55,846 nt of DNA from an uncultured bacterium (GCA_913009835.1 CAJVXH010000002.1:1-55846), one strand, 5' to 3'. Shown: positions 8,546 through 18,201, counted from the stretch's first letter. Numbers and translations: made by a program. Notes: generated by a model not told the origin, from the sequence alone.

Positions 8546-10483
8546 ATGCAGAGAAGCAGTGAACGAGTGCGGGCGATATTATTTCATTCAATGGCAGTTG
8601 CCACCACTGTGATCGTCCCATTCAGCTTCTCCACCGCCACCCTGGACCCGGGAATCTATCCGCGTTTTCTGGTATGGACTGCCAGCTTGACTGTTCTTGC
8701 GGGAATGTTGGTCTGGGCATCATGGAAATATCCGGATATCAGATCAACGTTTATCTGGAAGAACTCCCTACTCGGTTTCGGATTGCTATACCTGCTGGCA
8801 TCTGCATGTGGATTCATGGTTGCACTTAACCAGGCTGACTGGCTGTACGCAACCCTGCGAACCGCCATGCTGTTTGCCCACATCTTCATCTTCACCCAGA
8901 TCCTGATACTCAATCTGGAACGCTGGCAAAAACTGATCTGGTATGTTTCCATCACGGGATTTGTTATTGCGTTGATCGGGGTGTTGCAGTGGAGTGGTGG
9001 GATGTTCCTGATCGGATCGTTCGACCCTCCCTATGGCACCATGATGCATGAAAATATCTTCGCCACATTCCTATTCCTATCGACTCCTCTTGCGATCTAT
9101 GGCGCCATCATCTACAAAGGATTCTCGCGCTGGTTCTTCATTCTGACGCTGGGTCAGATCGTATTCGCCATCGTTGTCTCGACCACTCGTTCAGTCTGGG
9201 TTGCCATAACAGTCGGTGCAGCGCTTACTGGATTAATCCACGTGATCACCGACCACAAATTGCGCTTGGAAACAATTGGCCGTACAGGAATTCAGAAACG
9301 TTGGGCTGCACTGTTGTTATCGATCATCCTGATTGGTTCCGCTGGAAGCTTTCTCTATTTCGTTTCAGATAAGTTCGATGCTATCGAGGAACGGAGCATA
9401 CTCTGGAAAGTCACTGCGAGACTGTCGCTTGACCATCCTATCCTCGGAGTGGGTGCCGGAAATTGGGTTCAGCACACCAATATCGAGAACTTGCAGAACA
9501 AGATTTCGCATGCGAACTGGATTCGACCACACAACGATCCCCTGTGGGTGATCTCCGAAACCGGTGTCATTGGTTTGATAGGGTACCTGGGCATGTTCCT
9601 GGCTGCCTTCTGGATGCTATGGCGGGTCTTGCGGAAAACTGAACGATTTGAGGTCAGGCTGCTCGCCTTGGCTCTTACATATGGTCTGCTCGGCTTCCTG
9701 ATAATCTCAAACTCCAGTTTTCCCCGTGAACGGATTGAACTCACCTCATACTTCGCGATGTTCCTCGCGCTCTCGATCTTTGTTCATTCGTTGGAATTCA
9801 AGCGCGATACTAAAACGTCGCAGTCACAGATTCTTCCGTTGACCTCAGTTGCCCTCGTACTGCTGGGTGCATTCGCCGTGTATGTCGGTTACTATCGCTA
9901 TGATGGTGAAAAGCATGTCACCAGAGCACATGCCGCTCTCTCTGCCGACCTCTGGCAACAGGCACTTCCGGAGATTGAAAAGGCGCGCAATCCCTTTTAC
10001 ACCGCTCATCCGAACGGGCTATCCCTGGACTACATGCGTGGGATCAGCTTGTATGAGCTTGAACGTTACGAAGAAGCGAAGGTGAGTTTTCTCTCGTCAT
10101 ACGAGAAAAACCCTGTTCAGATAATGACCATATGGTGGCTGGCGCGGAGTTATGTGCATACAGCTGAATATGAAAATGCAATTGAGTTCTTTGAACTCTG
10201 TTTGCAGAAGTGGCCGGGAAATATTTTCACATTACCGGGGATAGCGTTGGCTGAATTTCGATTAGAGCGATACGATGACGCCTATCGCCATCTGTCCATG
10301 TACCGTCAGCAATATGATCCGAGGCGACACCGTGAACCACATGACAACCTCTGGCAGGCGATACAAATGCACTTAACCCCTGAACGTATGGCGGAACTGG
10401 ACACTGTGTATGTTGGTCAGGAACGGAGACGTGACGAGAGCAAGCCATACAAGACGTTCAAGGAAATCAAGGATGGCGAGTAG
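8546..10483 (+). CDS. O-antigen ligase (Wzy_C) family membrane protein with C-terminal TPR repeats
   Basis: 645 aa with about 10 predicted TM segments, the RPHNDPLWVISETGVIGL Wzy_C-like loop, and a TPR-like C-terminal third. It is the only plus-strand gene. Confidence 0.8.
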   Translation: MQRSSERVRAILFHSMAVATTVIVPFSFSTATLDPGIYPRFLVWTASLTVLAGMLVWASWKYPDIRSTFIWKNSLLGFGLLYLLASACGFMVALNQADWLYATLRTAMLFAHIFIFTQILILNLERWQKLIWYVSITGFVIALIGVLQWSGGMFLIGSFDPPYGTMMHENIFATFLFLSTPLAIYGAIIYKGFSRWFFILTLGQIVFAIVVSTTRSVWVAITVGAALTGLIHVITDHKLRLETIGRTGIQKRWAALLLSIILIGSAGSFLYFVSDKFDAIEERSILWKVTARLSLDHPILGVGAGNWVQHTNIENLQNKISHANWIRPHNDPLWVISETGVIGLIGYLGMFLAAFWMLWRVLRKTERFEVRLLALALTYGLLGFLIISNSSFPRERIELTSYFAMFLALSIFVHSLEFKRDTKTSQSQILPLTSVALVLLGAFAVYVGYYRYDGEKHVTRAHAALSADLWQQALPEIEKARNPFYTAHPNGLSLDYMRGISLYELERYEEAKVSFLSSYEKNPVQIMTIWWLARSYVHTAEYENAIEFFELCLQKWPGNIFTLPGIALAEFRLERYDDAYRHLSMYRQQYDPRRHREPHDNLWQAIQMHLTPERMAELDTVYVGQERRRDESKPYKTFKEIKDGE

Positions 10484-10575
10484 CGGGAGCGTCTGGGAAT
10501 CGAACCCAGCCGGGACGGCGAAGCCCCACAACGGTTTTGAAGACCGTGGCATCCACCAGGAACACATCCGCCCCC
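10484..10575 (-). tRNA. selC: Candidate selenocysteine tRNA (anticodon UCA), 92 nt, CCA not encoded
   Basis: Reverse complement is GGGGGCGGATGTGTTCCTGGTGGATGCCACGGTCTTCAAAACCGTTGTGGGGCTTCGCCGTCCCGGCTGGGTTCGATTCCCAGACGCTCCCG. Acceptor GGGGGCG/CGCTCCC (one G-U), anticodon arm ACGGT-CUUCAAA-ACCGU, long variable arm GGGGC..GTCCC, T arm CTGGG-TTCGATT-CCCAG. The D-stem needs three G-U pairs and the 8th acceptor pair is G-A, so the fold is imperfect. Confidence 0.75.
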
Positions 10576-10578
10576 GAT

Positions 10579-11649
10579 CTATTCCACGTCTTCATATCGT
10601 CTTATGGTTTCTAAAATCTCTTTTTTATATTTATAGATATCTGAAACATCACCAATATGATGTTTTGTCTCATCTTTGCTTTCATCAAATAATCCAAGGT
10701 ATTTTTGTGAAGCATTAAAATGCAACCTGCAAATCGCTTTCCTATTATTATCATCAAGTAATATCCCGAAATACGTTTTCACATCTCTATCTACTATTCG
10801 CATAGGATCTACAATCTCACTTGCAATAGAACGTACAATGTAGTAACCTTGAATCTCTTCTTCGGTCGTAACAATACCATCATCTTTCTCGTCATCTCGT
10901 TCCCCGATTTCTAGATTATCACTTGAACCATCAGTCTCTTTTTCCAGAGCAGACTGTAATCTCTCATGAATTGTTCGCCTTATGTATTCATCAAATGCAG
11001 ATTTTATTAGCTCCCTGAATCGTTCTATTATAGTATTAGTCTTGTGGCCAGAATAAACTCTACCTGCAATAAGTCTCACAAATTCTTTCGTTGGTTCCAT
11101 GATTTCAATCGCTATCTCAGCTTTAATAGCGTTGAGATATTTTAGATCATTTGCTTTTTTGAGGACTTCATCTGGATCATACATGTCTTTCGAAAACCTG
11201 CGAATCTCTTTAATAGCATAATCATCCATTTTCCTCATATCTATTTCGTAGAAAGGTCGATCATCCATGATGTTTTCTTTATCAAGATCACTATAGAACC
11301 GATATTGTATGCCATTGGTTAGGATTGCTACTCGCGTTTCTGTAACACCAAAATACCTTCGTAGCTGTGTAGCCTGTTCTTCTTTCAAGTCATGCGTAGA
11401 ACATTTTGCTTCTATTATTATTATTACCTCATTATCCTTCTTAATTGCATAATCTACCTTTTCCCCCTTTTTGCTTCCGATATCAGCTGTAAACTCTGGT
11501 ACTACTTCGAGTGGATCAGAGGCATCATAACCCAATGCGTTAATAAATGGCGTTATGAATGCCATTTTTGTTGCTTCTTCAGTAAGCACGCTGTTTTGTT
11601 GGCTGGCAATTTTTTCGGCTAGTTGCTTCAGACGATCTGCAAAATCCAT
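10579..11649 (-). CDS. PD-(D/E)xK nuclease-domain protein (type I restriction HsdR N-terminal-like domain) with an uncharacterised C-terminal domain
   Basis: N-terminus EEATKMAFITPFINALGYD...KVDYAIKKDNEVIIIIEAKC fits the HsdR_N (D..ExK) pattern. The gene is markedly AT-rich relative to its neighbours. No helicase or methylase partner is adjacent. Confidence 0.65.
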   Translation of the reverse strand: MDFADRLKQLAEKIASQQNSVLTEEATKMAFITPFINALGYDASDPLEVVPEFTADIGSKKGEKVDYAIKKDNEVIIIIEAKCSTHDLKEEQATQLRRYFGVTETRVAILTNGIQYRFYSDLDKENIMDDRPFYEIDMRKMDDYAIKEIRRFSKDMYDPDEVLKKANDLKYLNAIKAEIAIEIMEPTKEFVRLIAGRVYSGHKTNTIIERFRELIKSAFDEYIRRTIHERLQSALEKETDGSSDNLEIGERDDEKDDGIVTTEEEIQGYYIVRSIASEIVDPMRIVDRDVKTYFGILLDDNNRKAICRLHFNASQKYLGLFDESKDETKHHIGDVSDIYKYKKEILETIRRYEDVE

Positions 11650-11725
11650 GGCTCACTCCTGATTGAAGAAACGATGGTTGAAAGTATTGTTCTATTCCTT
11701 AGTTGTCAACGACAAATCAGAGCAA

Positions 11726-13156
11726 CTATGCCTGATTGTTCTCGTTTGCCCGAAACAAATCATAGATCCCATCGAACGAACCGTTGGAGAAGATAAGCAC
11801 CAGGTCGCCCTTCTTTCCCGATGATAGTATGTGTTCAGCCAGCTTTTCCACTTGGTCGAAACTCTTCCCCATCACTCTCATCTCCGCCAATTCTGCCAGC
11901 ACCGCATCCCTGTCGAGTCGTTCATCGAATGGAATCCTCTGGGCTCGATAGATCGGTCCGAAGTATACCTCGTCAGCCGCCTGCAACGCTGAGGCCATCA
12001 GGTGTTGATGTCCGTTGCGAACCATGGTATTTGAACGAGGTTCGATCAAAACTCGCAATCGTCTGCCTGGCCAAAGTTCTCGGCTAGCGGCGATGGTCTC
12101 CTTCATCGCGGTGGGATGATGACCGAAATCGTCCACATAGGTGATGCCGTCCCGTTCGAGGAAGACCTCCATCCTCCGACGGACACCTTTGTATTGCATC
12201 ATCGCTTCGGTGATGTCAGCTGGTTTGCCACCCATCAGACTGGTCGCGGCGACCGCTGCCAGGGTGTTTTGCAGGTTGTGTCTGCCCGCCAGGGGAACTG
12301 CCAGTTCGGCGTAACGCTTACCGGAACGCTCGATCAATAGTCCGCTGAACCCACTTGATATTCCGGTGTAACAGCCTTTCCAATGTGCCTCTTTGGAGAA
12401 GCCGTAGGTATGAACCCGGCAGTGAGCGTGTCTGGCCAGTTTCACCGTACGACGATCATCTGCACATGCGATCAGGGTGCCATCCGATGGGATCTGGCGT
12501 AGCATCAGCTGGAAACTGTGTTCAATCTCTTCAACGGACGCATAGATGTCAGCGTGATCCATCTCGATGGAGGTAACTACTGCTATCACAGGAAGATAGT
12601 GGAAGAACTTCGCGCGTTTGTCGAAGAAGGCAGAATCGTATTCATCACCCTCGATGACGAATGGCTTCCCCTCTTCTCCCAACCGACTCGGCGTAGGCAA
12701 ATCGAGTGGCTGTCCACCGATCAGCCATCCCGGCTCGAGCCCACAAGCCTCCATCAGGTATGCGGTGAGTGCCGTGGTTGAGGTCTTGCCATGGGTACCG
12801 GTGATGACCACGGGTATACGTTTCTGGAGAACGGTATGCTTGAGGAATTCGGGCAAACTGGTGTATGGAACACGTCGCCGCAGCATCTCCTCGATCTCAA
12901 CATGTCCACGGCTGAAGGCGTTTCCGACGACTATCAGATCCGGCTTCCACTCCAGATTCTGCTCTGCGAAACCGGTGTAAACGGTCACTCCCAGCTCCTT
13001 GACCATCTCGGAAGCTGGTGGATATAACGGCCCATCGCTGCCACGTACCTCGAAGCCGCATTCTATGGCCAGCCGTGCGCCGGCCAGCATTCCGGTGCCG
13101 CCGATTCCGATGAAATGGACTTTGGTCGGACGGTTATCTGAATGTGTATTTATCAT
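11726..13156 (-). CDS. mpl: UDP-N-acetylmuramate:L-alanyl-gamma-D-glutamyl-meso-DAP ligase (murein peptide ligase)
   Basis: HFIGIGGTGMLAGA, ITGTHGKTSTT (P-loop), Mur ligase middle and C-terminal domains. The GNAFSRGHVEIEEML region is Mpl-like rather than MurC-like. Confidence 0.85.
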   Translation of the reverse strand: MINTHSDNRPTKVHFIGIGGTGMLAGARLAIECGFEVRGSDGPLYPPASEMVKELGVTVYTGFAEQNLEWKPDLIVVGNAFSRGHVEIEEMLRRRVPYTSLPEFLKHTVLQKRIPVVITGTHGKTSTTALTAYLMEACGLEPGWLIGGQPLDLPTPSRLGEEGKPFVIEGDEYDSAFFDKRAKFFHYLPVIAVVTSIEMDHADIYASVEEIEHSFQLMLRQIPSDGTLIACADDRRTVKLARHAHCRVHTYGFSKEAHWKGCYTGISSGFSGLLIERSGKRYAELAVPLAGRHNLQNTLAAVAATSLMGGKPADITEAMMQYKGVRRRMEVFLERDGITYVDDFGHHPTAMKETIAASRELWPGRRLRVLIEPRSNTMVRNGHQHLMASALQAADEVYFGPIYRAQRIPFDERLDRDAVLAELAEMRVMGKSFDQVEKLAEHILSSGKKGDLVLIFSNGSFDGIYDLFRANENNQA

Positions 13157-16100
13157 TAGCGGAAATATGGGTCCAGATTTAGGCTAACGTAAATGACTAC
13201 ATGATCCAGCCAATCCTGCGTATCCCACTCTTGAGATTGATACCAGTTTGTATTGAGAATGTCATACGAATATAGCGGTGCGACACGTGCGGACAATGTC
13301 AATCCATACAGGTCCACCATACTCATTTCAACACCAGCTTCTGCTGCGATATTATTCGCTGGAAAAGACTTGGGAGCATATCGAAATAGCATTCCCGATT
13401 CGAAGACACCGAGGCGGATCTTGTTCAAGAAGCGATCTACATGCACCTCGCTGGTTCTACGCATGAAGCTGGGGAGTCTGTGAGATTGCACAAAGCGCAG
13501 AACCATAAATCTGTCAATGTTCAGTGTGCCCAGATCCGACGCCAGAGTCGCAGGAGCATGGACCCGTGGAAAGGTATTGTACATACGGGTTTGATCGTTG
13601 AAACTCGAACCCCACGCTCCACCGAATAACGGATTCCCGAGTACTTCGTATGGTGAGGCACTACCCGGAGTGTCCTGAAAACGCGAGGCATTATCTCCCC
13701 CACTTATTGACATTCGCGACTCGAACCCAAGATCCCATCCCTTGGGCATTGCCGTGCTCATGTCAAATGACCAGGTGGCGGCACTGAAATCATTGCTCTG
13801 ACCAACAGTCAGCTTGAATTGGTGTTTGAACGGTGACCGACCAATATGTCCACTGAATTCCGCTTGAGCACGCAGATAACCCATAGACAGGTAATCATCA
13901 AAATCTCCGCTCGTTCCCGGCATTTGGTAAGGGATATGCTGTGGGCGAGGTTTGTAGATGCCCATAGGAAATATAGATGCTCCGGGAATCTCTTCGTCTC
14001 TAAGCCAGGTACCAAGTTTAAGGCTGACTCTAGCAGCTTCATAGAAATGCGCCCAGCTCCTCCACGATCTGAACAACCCGGTTTCAACCCATACATCCTG
14101 GTGCATACTCCCGCCGTAGATGGTGGCATAAACGGGTCCATTTGTTCTGTTCAGTGGCGTGGCATATCCGACACGAAATTGCTGAAGCATCCCATGATCC
14201 TCTTCTACAGGGATGAGAGCATCCATCAGGAATATATTCTCTCGCTCCAGATAAGACCCTCGTAACGCCACGCCTGCCATCAGTGTGGCAATTCTGTTAT
14301 AGCCCAGAGTCGGAGAGATGTTCAATTGCCATCGGTCCAGGGGTGGGAGTTCAACTGGCAGGAAAATAGGATCGAACCGAACATCCGCTTTATTCACTGG
14401 CCAACGGTTATTTTGCGGTTCACGGTCAGTCCACAGATCGTCTGGATCGAGCAGAACTGTTTGCAGATTGCTGCCGGCGGGTAGGTTCACAGAAATGTGA
14501 ATTCGATCATCCGGCATGTGCCACTGATCCCACGATCCCCACACCTCAACACCTTCTGGTACTGGATCAGTCGGCAGAAATGGGACAGCACCGCGCAGTG
14601 TGTCACCGTCTGTCGTTATAATTCCAAGCGACAGCGGCAAACTAATTCCACCGATCCGTTCAACGTTAAATTCGACTGAAGAACTTTGGCCATCTACAAT
14701 GAATTCGACATCACGCAAGGCATAGTCGAGATCCTCAGCACCATACAGGAACTGATCGAAGAGCCATTTCAGCGATCGTCCGGAGGCTTCCTCAAATGAT
14801 GAGACAATGTCATCTCCGCCGACATGACTTAGGGCGTGCCGTTCGTACAGAATACGGAACCCGCGCCAGAACGCATCCTCTCCGATGACACTGCGTAAGG
14901 TGTTCAACATTACCGGAGTTTTGTAGTAGGAGGACACTCGCAGCAGCGGGTAATCATCGGCTATGTCGCCCCCACGAACCATAGGCAAATCTTCGCCCGC
15001 GAGCATCGCCTCCAGATATGGTCGCTTCCCCCGTACATCATCGTCCCGAACGATCATCTCTTTGGAGAACAGTCCGCGCGTATAAGTGCGGTACTTGTTA
15101 TAAACGGTACCCTCATATTTCTGTACCAGATGATGCTCGAGGAAGGTGGTAAAACCCTCGTCGATCCACTGTTCATCCACCGAATTGGAGTGTAGAATCA
15201 TCGGCGTGTAATTGTGCACGACCTCATGGATCATAACCTGTACATTCTGCGGTGAACCCCACCCCATCATGGTGAGCATCGGATATTCCATCGCGCTCCA
15301 GGAATAGGTAGCCACTACACGTGGCCAGGGATAATCGCCATAGATCTTTTCCAGCTCGGTGATTGTCCATCCGGCAACCTCAGCAGCATCACTCCAATCA
15401 TCTTCCTGACCGCGCCGTGAAAAAGACCAGGCTTCAAATCCATCGAAATATACACGATCAATCAGGAATGTTGGGTCCATCGCAAATGCGACATCCGGAA
15501 CGTCGTTTGCCTGGAATATCCAGGTGACCAGTGAATCTCCGGTTGCACCTTCCGGTATGGGGATCGGATTGGGATTGTCTATTGCCAGGCCTGCCATTCT
15601 TTCCGGGGGCAGGACTTCGGATTCATTGATCAATTCGCCTGTTGATGCAACGATGAATCGATATGGCACGGTGTACCTGATATTGAAGTCGCCGAATTCA
15701 CCGTACGCTTCCGCGGTGCCAAAATAGCGGTTGACAGTCCAGCCGAACTCTGGAGTGTAGGGACATATCTGCGGATACCAGTACGCACCCTTATATTGAC
15801 CGTGAGTGTAGCCCATTCTTGATTGCGACCCTCCTGAGGGGAAGGTCGTGGTGAATGGTAGTGTGAAGGTGATTGAATCGCCCGGCATGAGCGGAGGATC
15901 AATTAGAAGTTGTCCAATGCTGTAATCCTGAACAAATTCGACCTCGTATCCGTCCTCACACCGTGCTTCCGCAACCTGCAAATCTCCCCACGTTTCCGGA
16001 TTCTGAGCGGACCAGTGGAGGAGACGTGATCGCATTCGGGTGGTATCGACCACACTCCCGCCTCTTAAAGTCGCAGGAGCAAGACGGAACCATAGAGTTG

Positions 16101-16329
16101 CGAGGGTGTCCGGTGAATTGTTCTGGTAGGTGATTCGAGCATCCCCGCCGATAGCACGGAGATTTTCGAACAGCTTGAGGTCCATCTGATAGTTGACTCG
16201 TTGCTGCCATTCGGGTGTTCGTGAGGCCTGGCTGATGTTTGGAAGGATACCGCAGACTATGGTGATGAGTACAACGGTGCTTGTCAGGATTGTATTCCGG
16301 GAGGATGAGGCAAGTCGATTAGTCATCAT
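13156..16329 (-). CDS. Secreted M1-family (gluzincin) metallopeptidase with a large C-terminal extension
   Basis: HEVVH followed 18 residues later by E (HEVVH-NYTPMILHSNSVDEQWID-E) is the M1 zinc site. N-terminal signal/TM segment. About 550 C-terminal residues have no motif I recognise. Confidence 0.7.
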   Translation of the reverse strand: MMTNRLASSSRNTILTSTVVLITIVCGILPNISQASRTPEWQQRVNYQMDLKLFENLRAIGGDARITYQNNSPDTLATLWFRLAPATLRGGSVVDTTRMRSRLLHWSAQNPETWGDLQVAEARCEDGYEVEFVQDYSIGQLLIDPPLMPGDSITFTLPFTTTFPSGGSQSRMGYTHGQYKGAYWYPQICPYTPEFGWTVNRYFGTAEAYGEFGDFNIRYTVPYRFIVASTGELINESEVLPPERMAGLAIDNPNPIPIPEGATGDSLVTWIFQANDVPDVAFAMDPTFLIDRVYFDGFEAWSFSRRGQEDDWSDAAEVAGWTITELEKIYGDYPWPRVVATYSWSAMEYPMLTMMGWGSPQNVQVMIHEVVHNYTPMILHSNSVDEQWIDEGFTTFLEHHLVQKYEGTVYNKYRTYTRGLFSKEMIVRDDDVRGKRPYLEAMLAGEDLPMVRGGDIADDYPLLRVSSYYKTPVMLNTLRSVIGEDAFWRGFRILYERHALSHVGGDDIVSSFEEASGRSLKWLFDQFLYGAEDLDYALRDVEFIVDGQSSSVEFNVERIGGISLPLSLGIITTDGDTLRGAVPFLPTDPVPEGVEVWGSWDQWHMPDDRIHISVNLPAGSNLQTVLLDPDDLWTDREPQNNRWPVNKADVRFDPIFLPVELPPLDRWQLNISPTLGYNRIATLMAGVALRGSYLERENIFLMDALIPVEEDHGMLQQFRVGYATPLNRTNGPVYATIYGGSMHQDVWVETGLFRSWRSWAHFYEAARVSLKLGTWLRDEEIPGASIFPMGIYKPRPQHIPYQMPGTSGDFDDYLSMGYLRAQAEFSGHIGRSPFKHQFKLTVGQSNDFSAATWSFDMSTAMPKGWDLGFESRMSISGGDNASRFQDTPGSASPYEVLGNPLFGGAWGSSFNDQTRMYNTFPRVHAPATLASDLGTLNIDRFMVLRFVQSHRLPSFMRRTSEVHVDRFLNKIRLGVFESGMLFRYAPKSFPANNIAAEAGVEMSMVDLYGLTLSARVAPLYSYDILNTNWYQSQEWDTQDWLDHVVIYVSLNLDPYFR

Positions 16330-17233
16330 ATTTCGAGTACATGGTTGACGCGAATGATGATTCTGTGATGTCCATCTCCTCCTGGTTCCACCACTTAACT
16401 CTCTTTTCCGAAGTGAGGTAATAGTTCTCTGATATTTCCATCAGACAGTATTTCCTGCCCAGTTCTCGAGTGGCTTCCATGGTCGATCCTGATCCGGCGA
16501 ACGGGTCAAGCACCAGCTCACCAGGATTAGTACTCTTCTCAATAAAGATTTTCAACAGATTTACAGGTTTTTCGGTGGCATGAGTCATTTTTTTAGTGGA
16601 CAGCTTCGGCACCTGGATTATATTGGATATTCTCTTTCCATTTAGCACCCGTCTTCCCTTGTGCAGAAAGATGATCCATTCGTCCTGGGGAGCATAGTCG
16701 CCACGAAGGTCGCCGCTGCCATGATTGTTCTTATACCAGATGATCGTGCGCTTGATTTTGAAGCCTGCATCGCTGAAAGCCTGAATGAATTCAGGGTAAG
16801 TATCGTGCCTACAGAAACAGTATAAGTGCCGATCATTCTTCAATACTCGAAATGCTTCCTCGGCAAAATTAGGAATCCAATCGCCTTGGTTGTCGTTGGC
16901 GAGATGGCTGAACTTTTTATTCACGACCCGTCGATTTGATTTATAGTTGATGTTATATGGTGGGTCAGTAACGATCAGATCAACGGTCTCATCTGGCATG
17001 CTCTTCAGGAGTTCGCGGTTATCACCCAGCAGAACCTGGTTGTCCCAGTGTCCCAAGTGAACACGACCTTTGCCGAACTTGCGGGTGTTCAACTCTATCG
17101 CGAGTTCATCCGAAACAGGAAGCTCAGCAGAAGGTTCATCCTTCTGTTTGTTCGCTCGACCATTTCCATTTTTGGTCGGCGGATCAATACCTGGCAATTT
17201 CAAGTATAATTGATTGTCGTACTGATCACTCAC
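16319..17233 (-). CDS. Site-specific DNA methyltransferase (beta-class N6A/N4C, DPPY type), apparently orphan
   Basis: Motif IV TDPPYN precedes motif I DPFAGSGST (beta-class order). Overlaps the upstream PfkB gene by 4 nt and the downstream peptidase gene by 11 nt. No endonuclease candidate is adjacent. Confidence 0.85.
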   Translation of the reverse strand: MSDQYDNQLYLKLPGIDPPTKNGNGRANKQKDEPSAELPVSDELAIELNTRKFGKGRVHLGHWDNQVLLGDNRELLKSMPDETVDLIVTDPPYNINYKSNRRVVNKKFSHLANDNQGDWIPNFAEEAFRVLKNDRHLYCFCRHDTYPEFIQAFSDAGFKIKRTIIWYKNNHGSGDLRGDYAPQDEWIIFLHKGRRVLNGKRISNIIQVPKLSTKKMTHATEKPVNLLKIFIEKSTNPGELVLDPFAGSGSTMEATRELGRKYCLMEISENYYLTSEKRVKWWNQEEMDITESSFASTMYSKYDD

Positions 17234-18201
17234 GCGTCCAGCTCCTTGATATCCCCGACTGCCCCATTCTCACGCAACAAATTCACTACATCTTCCTTCG
17301 CGGGAAGATTTCCTCTCGATCCCAGCGCAGTTATTGACAACGCCGCTGATGCCGCAGCCCAACGGACACAGCTTTCCAGATCCCACTCTCTAAGAAGTCC
17401 GTGGATGAATCCGGCGTGGAAGATATCACCAGCACCGGTCGTGTCCACAGCCTTCACCGGGTAGGATGGATGCCACTGAGCTTCCCCATCCTTCTTGATT
17501 GCCACGCACCCGCCAGCTCCATTTGTGATTATGACACCCTTTATGGTATCAGCATCACCCTTGGCAAGAAGTTCGCGCGCTGCAACAAACAAATCAAGGT
17601 TCTCAAAATAGTCACGAACGAAGCTGACCGGAACGATGATCCACGAACTCAATGCAAGCAATTCGTCTATCTTCGGGCGCACGTGCCCTGCGTCAAGCAC
17701 GACCTCAACCTCATTATCATGGGCGATCTTCGCGGCACTCAACGCAGCTTCCGTCTCCCATCCATCAAGTAACAGGCATCTAGCGTTCGATATCGCACTG
17801 GAAGATAGTTCATTGGGCGAGAGCGGCGCAAGATCACGATCCAGAACTATCGTTCTATGACCAGTTTTCTGCTCCACCCAGATGGATGCGGTTGGAGTTC
17901 GAGACGAGGAACGGGTTTTCAGAGATTCTGTGTTGACTCCTGTGCGGGTCAGCTCCTCCGCAATTCTTGCTCCTTCTTGATCGTCCCCGATCCCGGCAAT
18001 CAGAGATGTTCTCCAACCCCATCCAGCTAACTGACAGAGCGCATTTGGTACCGGGCTTCCGCTCCCGTGCCAACGATCCAGAGCGACGGTCTTCTGATTT
18101 GATTCCGGGTGTTTATCCACCAGGAGACTGTGGTCGTAGACCGCACGGCCTACCCCGACAACATCAAAGGTATTTGAAAGTGTTAGTGATTTGTCCATCA
18201 T
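17230..18201 (-). CDS. PfkB-family carbohydrate/nucleoside kinase
   Basis: DTTGAGDIFHAGF (PfkB signature 2) and a ribokinase-like layout. Substrate not assignable. Confidence 0.8.
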   Translation of the reverse strand: MMDKSLTLSNTFDVVGVGRAVYDHSLLVDKHPESNQKTVALDRWHGSGSPVPNALCQLAGWGWRTSLIAGIGDDQEGARIAEELTRTGVNTESLKTRSSSRTPTASIWVEQKTGHRTIVLDRDLAPLSPNELSSSAISNARCLLLDGWETEAALSAAKIAHDNEVEVVLDAGHVRPKIDELLALSSWIIVPVSFVRDYFENLDLFVAARELLAKGDADTIKGVIITNGAGGCVAIKKDGEAQWHPSYPVKAVDTTGAGDIFHAGFIHGLLREWDLESCVRWAAASAALSITALGSRGNLPAKEDVVNLLRENGAVGDIKELDA

